Origin: Thermodesulfobacteriota bacterium
GTDB taxonomy: Bacteria > Desulfobacterota_D > UBA1144
Direction of reading: 5' to 3'
DNA length: 45,871 nt
NCBI GenBank assembly: GCA_029246845.1
Contig: JAQWMJ010000010.1
Span: forward strand, 1-45,871
Positions 8,240 through 16,891 of this stretch are shown here, piece by piece; position 1 is the first letter of the stretch; each line of letters opens with the position of its first letter. Both the position numbers and the translations under genes were made by a program. The notes below the pieces were generated by a model, which was not told the origin of the DNA, did not search any database, and saw nothing but the letters and a program-made list of their open reading frames with translations.

Positions 8240-11182
8240 ATGAGTAAAGATAAAGGAAAAAAAGGAACACTAAATAGAAGAGATTTTTTAAAGGCTCTAA
8301 CAGCTATTGGTGGAGCTGCAGTCGTTTCTTCTGGTTGCTCACCTGAACCATTAGATAAATTAGTCTCTTATGCAATTCCTCCGGAGGATGTTATTCCTGG
8401 GATACCAAATTACTATTCGACTGTTTTACCTTATTCACCAGTTGGTGCCTCAGTTGTTGTAAAGGTGAGAGAGGGAAGGGCTATATTTATTGAGGGTAAT
8501 AAGCTTGACCTGGTATCGAACGGTGGTGTTTCTTCAGAATCACAAGCCTCATTGCAAGGTTTGTATGATCCTGATCGAATTAAACAACCATTATTTAAAA
8601 ATAATAGGGGAGACTTATCTCCAACATCTTGGGGCTCAGCACTCGAGATATTTACTAATAGATTGAATGGAAAAGAAAGTAAGAACAGATATATAATTAC
8701 AGACAATACAACCGGTACTCTTGATAAACTTTTAACTAATTTTTCGGATAAAATTGGTGCAAAAAGAATTAAATTTGAAACCTTTTCTTTCGAGCATATT
8801 GCTGCCGCAAATGAGTTTTCATTTGGAAAAAGATTAATACCTACTTATAAAATTGATGAAACAGATTATCTACTTAGCTTTGGAGTTGATTTCCTTGAGA
8901 CCTGGTTATCCCCTATGGAATATGGGTCTAGATTTGAGAAGATGCATTCAGTAAAAGGTGATTCTAAAGGTAAATTTGTTCAAGTCGAACCTAAATTAAC
9001 TTTGACTGGCGCTAAAGCCGACGATTGGGTACCAGCTAAACCAACAACTAATTTATATTTGGCATTAGGGATAATAAATTATATTAAATTAAACAGACTT
9101 AATAAAAAACCTGTACCAAATACTTTTACTAATCTTTCTGAATTTACTTTAGAAAGAACAAGTGCCCTGACTGGTATTTCTACTGAATCGATACAAGAGA
9201 TAGCCAAAGACTTTGCTAGTTCCAAGTCTTCACTGGCAATAGCTGGGGGTATAGCATCTACAGGCGAGGACCAACTTAAAACAGTGGTTGCGGTTAATAT
9301 TCTAAACTTAATAACTGATAATTTAGATAAATATGATTTTGATAATCACTACATGATATCCAATGCTTCAAGCTATTCAGAAATACTTAAATTTAGGGAA
9401 GATGCATTAAGTGGTAATGTAGGGATGCTAATTACATACAACGCAAACCCAGTATTCAATTTGTCAGATTCTCTAGAAATTGAAAGTGCCTTAGATAAAA
9501 TAGATTATAAAGTAAGCTTCTCTTCTACTCTTGATGAAACATCTGAATTGTCAGACTTGATTTTACCTGATCAACATCCTTTAGAGCAGTGGGGTGATTA
9601 TCAAGGTAAGAAAGATTCGAGATACTTAATGCAACCTGTAATGAAAGCACTTTATGGTAATTTGTCCATTGGTGACTCTTTAGTATCTATTTATAATAAT
9701 GTAGAACCGAAAAATCAAAAGATTGAAGAAGACTCTTACCTTCAGTACTTGAAGAATTCATGGATGGCGATTTATTCTCCTTCCTCGTTTACATCCTTTT
9801 GGAATCAAGCTCTTAAAGATGGAGGAGTATTTAACGAAGTGCCCGCTAAGGTTGATTTTAGTTTTAATACTAGTAAAAAATTAACAGTTAAAGTTGATAA
9901 TGATTTAGGAAATAAACTTAAATTATTTATAACTCCTAACTATAGGCTCTATGATGGTAGAGGTGCCAATAAGACTTGGCTTCAAGAATTACCAGACTTG
10001 TTAACCACTACTGTTTGGGATTCTTGGGTAGAGATAAATTCTAAACTTGCTGAGAAACTTAATATTATCGAGGGTGACTTTGTTGATATAGAAACTGATT
10101 ATGGAAAAGTCACAACACAGGCTTATTTATCCAAGGCAATGAGGCCTGATACAATTTCTATCTCTATGGGACAGGGCCATACAGCTTATGGAAGGTATGC
10201 GAAAGATAGAGGTATTAATCCCGTAGATTTATTAAATGGGGAAAGTGTTGGTGATGCAGGAAACTTAAACTGGTGTTCTGGAAAAGTATCAATAAATAAA
10301 ACAGGTAATTGGGAAAAATTAGTAAAAGTTCAACATTCTTATTCGCAAGATAATCGAGATATTGCTCAAACTATAGCTTTGTCTGAGGTTGTTCATCATG
10401 ACGATCATCATGACGATCACCATGACGAACATCATGCAGAAAGAGATATGTATAGAGAATATGACTATTTCATTCACAAATGGGGAATGAATATAGATTT
10501 AGATAAATGTACTGGATGTGGTGCATGTGTTACCGCATGCTATGCGGAAAATAACATTCCAGTTGTTGGAAAGGAACAGGTTGGGAATGGGCGATATATG
10601 TCATGGCTAACTTTAGAGAGGTTCCAGACTGAGGAAGATGACTATTTAGATTCTGTAAGAGTTGACACTAGAATAATACCGCAGCTATGTCAACATTGTG
10701 AAAATGCTCCATGTGAACCTGTTTGCCCTGTTTTTGCTACTTATCATAACCCCGAAGGAATTAATGTGATGGTTTATAGCAGGTGTGTTGGAACAAGATA
10801 TTGTTCAAATAACTGTTCTTATAAAGTAAGAAGATTTAATTGGTTTAAATATGAAATGCCAGAACCACTCAATATGCAACTTAACCCAGACGTGACTGTT
10901 AGGTCAAGAGGAATTATGGAGAAGTGTAATTTCTGTTTACAGAGGATTACTGCTGCCAAAGATATAGCTAGAGATGAAGACAGAAAACTAAGAGATGGTG
11001 AAGTTAAGACTGCATGCCAAAGTGTGTGTGGATGTAATGCAATAGTCTTTGGAGATCTTAATGAACCAAGTTCTAAGATATCAAAAATGGTTGAGGATAA
11101 AAGGTCATATAAGCTATTAGCCGAACTTAATACAAGACCTTCAGTATCTTATCTTAAAAAAATCGAGTGGGATAGAACATGA
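8240..11182 (+). CDS. actB: Alternative complex III subunit ActB (fused molybdopterin-like B1 plus 4Fe-4S ferredoxin-like B2)
   Basis: Tat signal RRDFLKALTAIGGAA, a large MopB-like domain, and a C-terminal poly-ferredoxin domain (CTGCGACVTACYAENN, CQHCENAPCEPVCP, CVGTRYCSNNC, CNFC). Confidence 0.9.
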   Translation: MSKDKGKKGTLNRRDFLKALTAIGGAAVVSSGCSPEPLDKLVSYAIPPEDVIPGIPNYYSTVLPYSPVGASVVVKVREGRAIFIEGNKLDLVSNGGVSSESQASLQGLYDPDRIKQPLFKNNRGDLSPTSWGSALEIFTNRLNGKESKNRYIITDNTTGTLDKLLTNFSDKIGAKRIKFETFSFEHIAAANEFSFGKRLIPTYKIDETDYLLSFGVDFLETWLSPMEYGSRFEKMHSVKGDSKGKFVQVEPKLTLTGAKADDWVPAKPTTNLYLALGIINYIKLNRLNKKPVPNTFTNLSEFTLERTSALTGISTESIQEIAKDFASSKSSLAIAGGIASTGEDQLKTVVAVNILNLITDNLDKYDFDNHYMISNASSYSEILKFREDALSGNVGMLITYNANPVFNLSDSLEIESALDKIDYKVSFSSTLDETSELSDLILPDQHPLEQWGDYQGKKDSRYLMQPVMKALYGNLSIGDSLVSIYNNVEPKNQKIEEDSYLQYLKNSWMAIYSPSSFTSFWNQALKDGGVFNEVPAKVDFSFNTSKKLTVKVDNDLGNKLKLFITPNYRLYDGRGANKTWLQELPDLLTTTVWDSWVEINSKLAEKLNIIEGDFVDIETDYGKVTTQAYLSKAMRPDTISISMGQGHTAYGRYAKDRGINPVDLLNGESVGDAGNLNWCSGKVSINKTGNWEKLVKVQHSYSQDNRDIAQTIALSEVVHHDDHHDDHHDEHHAERDMYREYDYFIHKWGMNIDLDKCTGCGACVTACYAENNIPVVGKEQVGNGRYMSWLTLERFQTEEDDYLDSVRVDTRIIPQLCQHCENAPCEPVCPVFATYHNPEGINVMVYSRCVGTRYCSNNCSYKVRRFNWFKYEMPEPLNMQLNPDVTVRSRGIMEKCNFCLQRITAAKDIARDEDRKLRDGEVKTACQSVCGCNAIVFGDLNEPSSKISKMVEDKRSYKLLAELNTRPSVSYLKKIEWDRT
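10394..10435 (+). repeat. In-frame 12-nt tandem repeat encoding HHDDHHDDHHDEHH inside actB
   Basis: cat cat gac gat / cat cat gac gat / cac cat gac gaa / cat cat, read directly from the sequence. Confidence 0.9.
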
Positions 11183-12522
11183 GCCAGATAGCAGAAGCAG
11201 ATAAGTATTCCAGTCTAAATAAGGCTGTTATGAACATGCTAACCAGACCTTCTTTTGGTTGGTGGGCTATTTTTATTTTTGACCTAATATTTCTTGCTTT
11301 TGGAATTTATTGTTTTATTTATCAAGTTTACACTGGTTTGGGAGTAGCAGGATATAGTCATCCAGTACTTTGGGGAGTTTATATAACTGACTTCGTATTT
11401 TGGGTCGGTATAGCGCACTCTGGAACCTTAATCTCAGCAGTTTTATTTTTATTCAGGGCGAAGTTTAGAATGTCTATTTATAGAATTGCAGAAGCTATGA
11501 CGGTTTTTGCGGTAGCAACCGCAGGACTTTTTCCTATAATTCACCTTGGTAGACCTTGGAATTTCTATTGGCTTTTACCTTATCCAAATCAAAGAGGGTT
11601 GTGGGTTAACTTTGACTCTCCATTGCTTTGGGATGTTTTTGCTGTTAGTACTTATGCAACAATTAGCTCAGTCTTTTTCTTTATCGGCATGATTCCAGAT
11701 ATCGCTGCCATCAGAGATACAGTTGTAGGAAAAACCAAAAAAATACTTTATTCAGTTTTATCACTCGGATGGAAAGGGTCAAATTGGGAATGGAGTCATT
11801 ATACCAGAGCATATTTTTATTTTGCTTGCTTTGCTACACCATTAGTTATATCTGTACACAGTGTTGTTTCTTGGGATTTTGCAATGGCAAATACGCCCGG
11901 GTGGCATACAACAATTTTCCCACCATATTTTGTTGCTGGTGCTATTTTTTCAGGATTAGCTATGGTTATTACGCTCTGTATTCCACTGAGATTAATTTTT
12001 AAATTAGAAGACTATATAACAATGGAAAACTTTGAAGGTATGTCTAAAATGATAATTCTAACCTCTTGTATAGTTTTTTATGCATACTTAATTGAGTTTT
12101 TTATTGCTTGGTATAGTGGAAATAAGTACGAATATGATCAGTTCTTATATAGAGCTAATGGTGACTATGCTTTCTTCTATTGGACAATGATGTTTTGTAA
12201 TGGAATTGTCCCTCATGCATTGTGGTTTAAAAAGATTAGAAACAATCTTGTTATATTATTTATTATATCGCTATTAATTAATGTTGGGATGTGGTTCGAA
12301 AGATTTAATATTATAGTTATTTCTCTTTCGAAAGAATTTGAGCCTGGATCATGGGGACTTTATAGGCCTTCGTGGGTTGAGCTTGGAATAACCGTAGGTA
12401 GCTTTGCATGGTTCTTTATGTTCTTCCTTATTTTTGTTAGAACTTTGCCTGCTTTATCTATAGCGGAAATTAAAGAAATACTCCCTGTTCCTAAAAAGAA
12501 TGGAGGATCAAACCATGAATGA
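11179..12522 (+). CDS. actC: Alternative complex III subunit ActC (NrfD/PsrC-like quinol-interacting membrane subunit)
   Basis: About 10-TM NrfD-like protein immediately after actB, with an ATGA overlap. Confidence 0.85.
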   Translation: MSQIAEADKYSSLNKAVMNMLTRPSFGWWAIFIFDLIFLAFGIYCFIYQVYTGLGVAGYSHPVLWGVYITDFVFWVGIAHSGTLISAVLFLFRAKFRMSIYRIAEAMTVFAVATAGLFPIIHLGRPWNFYWLLPYPNQRGLWVNFDSPLLWDVFAVSTYATISSVFFFIGMIPDIAAIRDTVVGKTKKILYSVLSLGWKGSNWEWSHYTRAYFYFACFATPLVISVHSVVSWDFAMANTPGWHTTIFPPYFVAGAIFSGLAMVITLCIPLRLIFKLEDYITMENFEGMSKMIILTSCIVFYAYLIEFFIAWYSGNKYEYDQFLYRANGDYAFFYWTMMFCNGIVPHALWFKKIRNNLVILFIISLLINVGMWFERFNIIVISLSKEFEPGSWGLYRPSWVELGITVGSFAWFFMFFLIFVRTLPALSIAEIKEILPVPKKNGGSNHE

Positions 12523-13138
12523 CAATAGAAAGATTCTTGGAATCTATTCATATGTAGATTTATTGGTTGATTCAATTAAAGAATTGCGAGCTAAAGGATT
12601 TGAAGATATTAGAGCTTTTTCTCCAGTTCCTAATCATGAAATTGAAGATGCATTAGATAGAGGATATGAGCCCAGTAAGGTAAAGTATTTTACTTTTTGC
12701 GGTGCTCTTCTTGGTGCTTGCGTTGGAGCCGCATTTACAATATTAACTTCTATGGATTGGCCAATAGTAACTAGTGCGAAGCCAATAGTGTCCATACCAC
12801 CCTATATGATAATAATTTTTGAGTGCATGATTTTAATTGGTGGCTTATCAACCTTCCTAGGCCTAATTATTAATTCAAGATTAAGAAAGAATGTAGATCC
12901 AATAGATTATGATGAAAGGTTTAGTAATGATAAGTTTGGCTTATTGGTCACCTGTAATAATGGTGATTTCGAGGAAGTAGAATATATTTTAAGGAATTTT
13001 GGCTCTGAAGAATTGAAAGTTAATGGGGAGCTTTTAGTTGAAAAAGTTCCTGAGCCTAAACCAGCTGTAGAAGAAAAACCTGCTGAACCAGTTGTAGAAG
13101 AAAAACCTGATGACGAAAAGAAAGAAGGTGATTCATGA
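12515..13138 (+). CDS. actD: Alternative complex III subunit ActD
   Basis: Position in the operon and two central TM helices. The ATG at 12515 has GGAGGA 7 nt upstream. The tracked ORF starts 5 codons earlier at 12500. Pro/Glu/Lys-rich C-terminal tail. Confidence 0.65.
   Translation: MNDNRKILGIYSYVDLLVDSIKELRAKGFEDIRAFSPVPNHEIEDALDRGYEPSKVKYFTFCGALLGACVGAAFTILTSMDWPIVTSAKPIVSIPPYMIIIFECMILIGGLSTFLGLIINSRLRKNVDPIDYDERFSNDKFGLLVTCNNGDFEEVEYILRNFGSEELKVNGELLVEKVPEPKPAVEEKPAEPVVEEKPDDEKKEGDS
13067..13109 (+). repeat. 16-nt exact direct repeat (gtagaagaaaaacctg, period 27 nt) encoding the VEEKP tail of ActD
   Basis: Copies at 13067-13082 and 13094-13109. Confidence 0.9.
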
Positions 13139-13650
13139 GTATATTTAGTAGTTATGCCCTACCAATTTTAATTATTTTCTTTGTTTCAACTACAAGCTCT
13201 TTCTCTCTGCCGTGGTCAACAGACTTGTGGGAGCAGCCTAGTATTAAGCCCTATGAAGAAGCTAGAGATTATCCTGATAAGTCGGTTTTTAAAGATAATA
13301 AACCAAGAGAACTTGAAAGAGAAGAATATGAATCTATCGTTACCGGTCAGAATAGAGGAGATGATTCTATTGCTAGAGGTAAGGCGCTCTATGAGATAAA
13401 TTGCTACTCTTGTCATGGTATGACAGGATTAGGTGATGGACCTGTAATTAAAAATGATTTGAGGCCTAACTCTTATTTTTACCCGGTTAATTTAACTCAG
13501 GAACAAACAGTTAATAGAACAGATGGATATATATATGCTTATATTCGTTACGGTGGAAAAGTTATGATGCCAGCATATGCAAGAATTACTCCTGATGAAA
13601 CATGGGATGTAGTTTATTATGTAAGGTATTTGCAAGGAAAAGTTAAATAA
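13135..13650 (+). CDS. actE: Alternative complex III subunit ActE, monoheme cytochrome c
   Basis: Signal/anchor sequence, a single CYSCH heme motif and a downstream Met ligand region (KVMMPAY). ATGA overlap with actD. Confidence 0.8.
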   Translation: MSIFSSYALPILIIFFVSTTSSFSLPWSTDLWEQPSIKPYEEARDYPDKSVFKDNKPRELEREEYESIVTGQNRGDDSIARGKALYEINCYSCHGMTGLGDGPVIKNDLRPNSYFYPVNLTQEQTVNRTDGYIYAYIRYGGKVMMPAYARITPDETWDVVYYVRYLQGKVK

Positions 13651-13662
13651 AGGAATTTTATT

Positions 13663-14928
13663 ATGAGCATAGATGTTAAAGCTTTATTAGATAGAAAAAT
13701 TGAGTTTCCCAAGACTGTAGATTATTTCCTCTATGGTGGATTTATTACAGGCCTACTAACGTTTTTATATACTATTTCAAATGGACATGCAGATGTAGCA
13801 TGGACAGCCTTTCATTTAAATTTTGTTTTTTGGGCAGGAGTTAGTCATGGTGGGGTTCTTTTTGCTTGTGCTATGAGGATTACTAGTTCCAGTTGGGGAA
13901 GGTCATTGATGAGAATCTGTGAATCCTTCGCAGCTTTTATGCCAATTGTTTTTATTTTATTGTTAGTATTTCTTTTTGCAGGTGGAGAGCAAACATTGCC
14001 ATATCTTGCGGAGGAATATAAAAATTACGATGCTGTTACAAGTAAGAAGTGGACTACCTGGCTTAATTTTAATTTTGTATTAACAAGAAGCGTTTTACTT
14101 ATTGGAACCTTACATATTCTTACATATTACTATTTATATCACTCCATAAAGCAGGATTGTGAAGGTACTGAAAGATTTAAAGGATTTTTCTCTTTCCTTT
14201 CTTCTACACCTATTGAAGGAGAAGAGGTTGACCATGATCAGAAACTTTATAAGTACTCAATAGCAATTGCATTTGCTTATTCATTATCTATGACTTTTCT
14301 TGCCTTCGATTTTATGATGTCACTTCATCCTCATTTCTATAGCACATTATTTGGTGTTTATTACTTCATGGCTTCTGTTCTAGCTGCCCTAGGATTAGTT
14401 GTGATTATTTCATCTATGATGACTATTAAATTCAAATTAGAATCTGTGATTACACAATTTCAATATTATGACGCCGCTAAGTTGATGTTCGGGCTAAGTG
14501 TTTTCTGGCTGTATACATTCTTTTCTCAGTTTCTTCCTATATGGTATGCAAATATGCCTGAAGAAACAGGATATATTGCTACTAGAGTATTCGAGGAGCC
14601 TTATAAGTCTCTTTCTTGGGTCACACTGACGTGTGTTTTTGTCATTCCTTTTGTTACTCTAATTCCTAGAACTACAAAAATTGTTAAACCTATTTTGGTA
14701 ACCATAGCTTCTGTTTCATTTTTAGGACTATTTGTAGAAAAGATAGTATTAATTTATCCTTCCGTTATGCATGACCACTTTCACTTTGGTCTAGAAAGCA
14801 TACTTATATCTTTTGGATTCTTATGCTTGTTTTTAATATGTGTAACAAAATTTTTATCTTATTTTCCTATATTTGGTCTAAGAGATAAGAAGTTAATAAA
14901 AAAACTTTCTAATGCAGGGGGACACTGA
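13663..14928 (+). CDS. actF: Alternative complex III subunit ActF (second NrfD-like membrane subunit)
   Basis: Polytopic membrane protein at the last canonical position of the act operon. Confidence 0.8.
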   Translation: MSIDVKALLDRKIEFPKTVDYFLYGGFITGLLTFLYTISNGHADVAWTAFHLNFVFWAGVSHGGVLFACAMRITSSSWGRSLMRICESFAAFMPIVFILLLVFLFAGGEQTLPYLAEEYKNYDAVTSKKWTTWLNFNFVLTRSVLLIGTLHILTYYYLYHSIKQDCEGTERFKGFFSFLSSTPIEGEEVDHDQKLYKYSIAIAFAYSLSMTFLAFDFMMSLHPHFYSTLFGVYYFMASVLAALGLVVIISSMMTIKFKLESVITQFQYYDAAKLMFGLSVFWLYTFFSQFLPIWYANMPEETGYIATRVFEEPYKSLSWVTLTCVFVIPFVTLIPRTTKIVKPILVTIASVSFLGLFVEKIVLIYPSVMHDHFHFGLESILISFGFLCLFLICVTKFLSYFPIFGLRDKKLIKKLSNAGGH

Positions 14929-15077
14929 TGGATAAAAATAGCGATAGGCTAGGTACCGCTGGAGCAATAGGATTTGCGCTTGGTGTTTTTGGTTTTATTT
15001 CAACCTTATTAATAATTTCATTCTTGGGACCCTTACTTCCAGACTTGATAAGGAAAGTTTTTGGGGTTATAAATTAA
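14928..15077 (+). CDS. Untracked 49-aa single-TM ORF translationally coupled to actF (candidate small ACIII-associated subunit)
   Basis: My own translation: MDKNSDRLGTAGAIGFALGVFGFISTLLIISFLGPLLPDLIRKVFGVIN. The ATG overlaps the actF TGA (cacTGATGg) and AGGGGGA lies 5 nt upstream. It fills the otherwise unexplained 155-nt gap before purM. Confidence 0.45.
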   Translation: MDKNSDRLGTAGAIGFALGVFGFISTLLIISFLGPLLPDLIRKVFGVIN

Positions 15078-15083
15078 TTCTTA

Positions 15084-16097
15084 ATGAAGTCTAAAATAAC
15101 TTATAAAGATGCAGGGGTAAATATAAAAGCAGGCAATGATTTTGTAAGTACTATCCAGCCCTATGTTAAGAAAACTCTAAGTAGCAATGTGATAGGCAAG
15201 ACTACTTCATTCGCTGCCCTATATTCCATAAACAAAGAGAAAGTTGATAATCCTGTTTTAGTTTCGTGCACAGATGGTGTAGGTACAAAGATTGAAGTTG
15301 GTATTAAAACTAACAAGATTCGAGGTTTAGGAATAGATTTAGTCGCAATGTCTGTTAATGATCTTATATGCACTGGAGCAAAGCCATTATTTTTTCTTGA
15401 TTACCTGGCAACTTCTAAGTTGAAAGTAGATTATCACTCAGAAGTTATAAAAGGTATTGCTCAGGGTTGCAAAATGTCTTCTTGCTCTCTTATTGGTGGT
15501 GAGACGGCTGAAATGCCAGGTATGTATAAAGGTAAAGATTTTGATTTAGCTGGTTTTGCAGTTGGAATAGTAGATAAAAGTAAAATAATTAAGCCAGAAA
15601 ATATAAAAGGTGGAGAGATTCTTGTTGGTATTTCCTCAAGTGGACCCCATTCAAACGGCTATTCTTTGATTAGAAAGCTTTTCTTCGATAAGAGCACTAA
15701 GTATAAGAAAGATTCTAAATTTATAAATTCTGTAATGAAGCCAACCAGAATTTATACAGATTTGATCTTAAATATAAAAAAGAAGGTAAATATTAAGGGC
15801 ATGGCTCATATAACAGGTGGAGGACTTCTAGAGAATATCCCTAGAATTTTACCAAATGGAATGGGGGTAGAGCTGCTAGAATCCAGACTACCAAAAGTAA
15901 AACTTTTTAAGCAGATTCAAGAAGCTTCGAATTTGAAATTAAGAGAAATGATTAGTGTATTCAATGTAGGGATAGGTTTTGTTTTGTGTATAAATGAGAA
16001 AGATCTAAGCTTGTTAGTTAAAATTCTTAAATCTAAAAAAGAAAGAATGTATATTCTAGGAAAAGTAATTAAGAAGCCAGAATTCAGAGTAGTCTAG
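15084..16097 (+). CDS. purM: Phosphoribosylformylglycinamidine cyclo-ligase (AIR synthetase)
   Basis: YKDAGVNI, DGVGTK, DYLA, GGETAEMPG and SSGPHSNGYSL motifs. Confidence 0.95.
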   Translation: MKSKITYKDAGVNIKAGNDFVSTIQPYVKKTLSSNVIGKTTSFAALYSINKEKVDNPVLVSCTDGVGTKIEVGIKTNKIRGLGIDLVAMSVNDLICTGAKPLFFLDYLATSKLKVDYHSEVIKGIAQGCKMSSCSLIGGETAEMPGMYKGKDFDLAGFAVGIVDKSKIIKPENIKGGEILVGISSSGPHSNGYSLIRKLFFDKSTKYKKDSKFINSVMKPTRIYTDLILNIKKKVNIKGMAHITGGGLLENIPRILPNGMGVELLESRLPKVKLFKQIQEASNLKLREMISVFNVGIGFVLCINEKDLSLLVKILKSKKERMYILGKVIKKPEFRVV

Positions 16098-16873
16098 TAG
16101 TACCAACCTTGAGGTGTGTAGTTAAAATTAATATTAATACTAAGTTTCTTCAGGGTCCATGAAGAAGGAAAAGGGCCAAAAGGGGAAGCTGATAATACTG
16201 CACTTTTAGCTTCTTCATCAAGTTCGATAAATCCAGAAGATTTTATTATTTCGATATCTTTTAGTCTTCCAATCTTATCTAAAGTTACACGAAGGCTAAC
16301 TTGACCTGTCTCACCTCGTTGCAGAGAGGATTTGGGGTAAGACCATGTCATTTCAATCTTTCTCTTTATTCTTAGAAAGTATGAAATATATTTAAATTCC
16401 TTTGTATTAAAATCTACAGTTGCTTCATCATTGCTTTCGGGGTCTGTCATTCCGTAGCTAAAAATTCGTTCTTCACTCTGAACTGATTCTCTTTTAGATT
16501 TCTTATTTTTTTCTTTTTTGATAGCTTCAAGATCACCAAACTCTTTAATATCTTTCTTTTTATCAGATAATTCTTTTTTTATCCGCTCACTTTTCTTAGA
16601 GTTAATATCTTTTCTGTTATTACTTTTAATGGGAGCCTTCTTAATTTTTTCTTTTACTACTTTGTTAGAATTCTTGGCCACTCTTTTAGAATCATTTGGA
16701 ATTTTATTTGAATCAGGCGAGCTAATTTCTGTTATCTCAAGATATTTCAGAGGCTTTTGGTAAACTTTATTAAAAAGATTATAATTGTGAAAAATCATAA
16801 AGATAATTATGTGAATTATGATTGATACAACAAGAAATTTCTGTTTTTTAATCTGTACCACTAGTTTTTTCAT
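16094..16873 (-). CDS. TonB-family protein (N-terminal anchor, Lys-rich linker, TonB C-terminal domain)
   Basis: One N-terminal TM helix. C-terminal ~80 aa match the TonB_C pattern (GETGQVSLRVTLDKIGRLKDIEIIKSSGFIELDEEAKSAV..ASPFGPFP). The linker is K/E/S-rich rather than Pro-rich. Confidence 0.65.
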   Translation of the reverse strand: MKKLVVQIKKQKFLVVSIIIHIIIFMIFHNYNLFNKVYQKPLKYLEITEISSPDSNKIPNDSKRVAKNSNKVVKEKIKKAPIKSNNRKDINSKKSERIKKELSDKKKDIKEFGDLEAIKKEKNKKSKRESVQSEERIFSYGMTDPESNDEATVDFNTKEFKYISYFLRIKRKIEMTWSYPKSSLQRGETGQVSLRVTLDKIGRLKDIEIIKSSGFIELDEEAKSAVLSASPFGPFPSSWTLKKLSININFNYTPQGWYY

Positions 16874-16891
16874 TTTATTTTATCTAATAAA

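Noticed and set aside
10394-10435. A CRISPR-like or other non-coding short tandem repeat.
   Set aside because: It is only ~3.5 copies of a 12-nt unit, it has no spacers, and it is in frame inside actB, where it encodes a His/Asp run.
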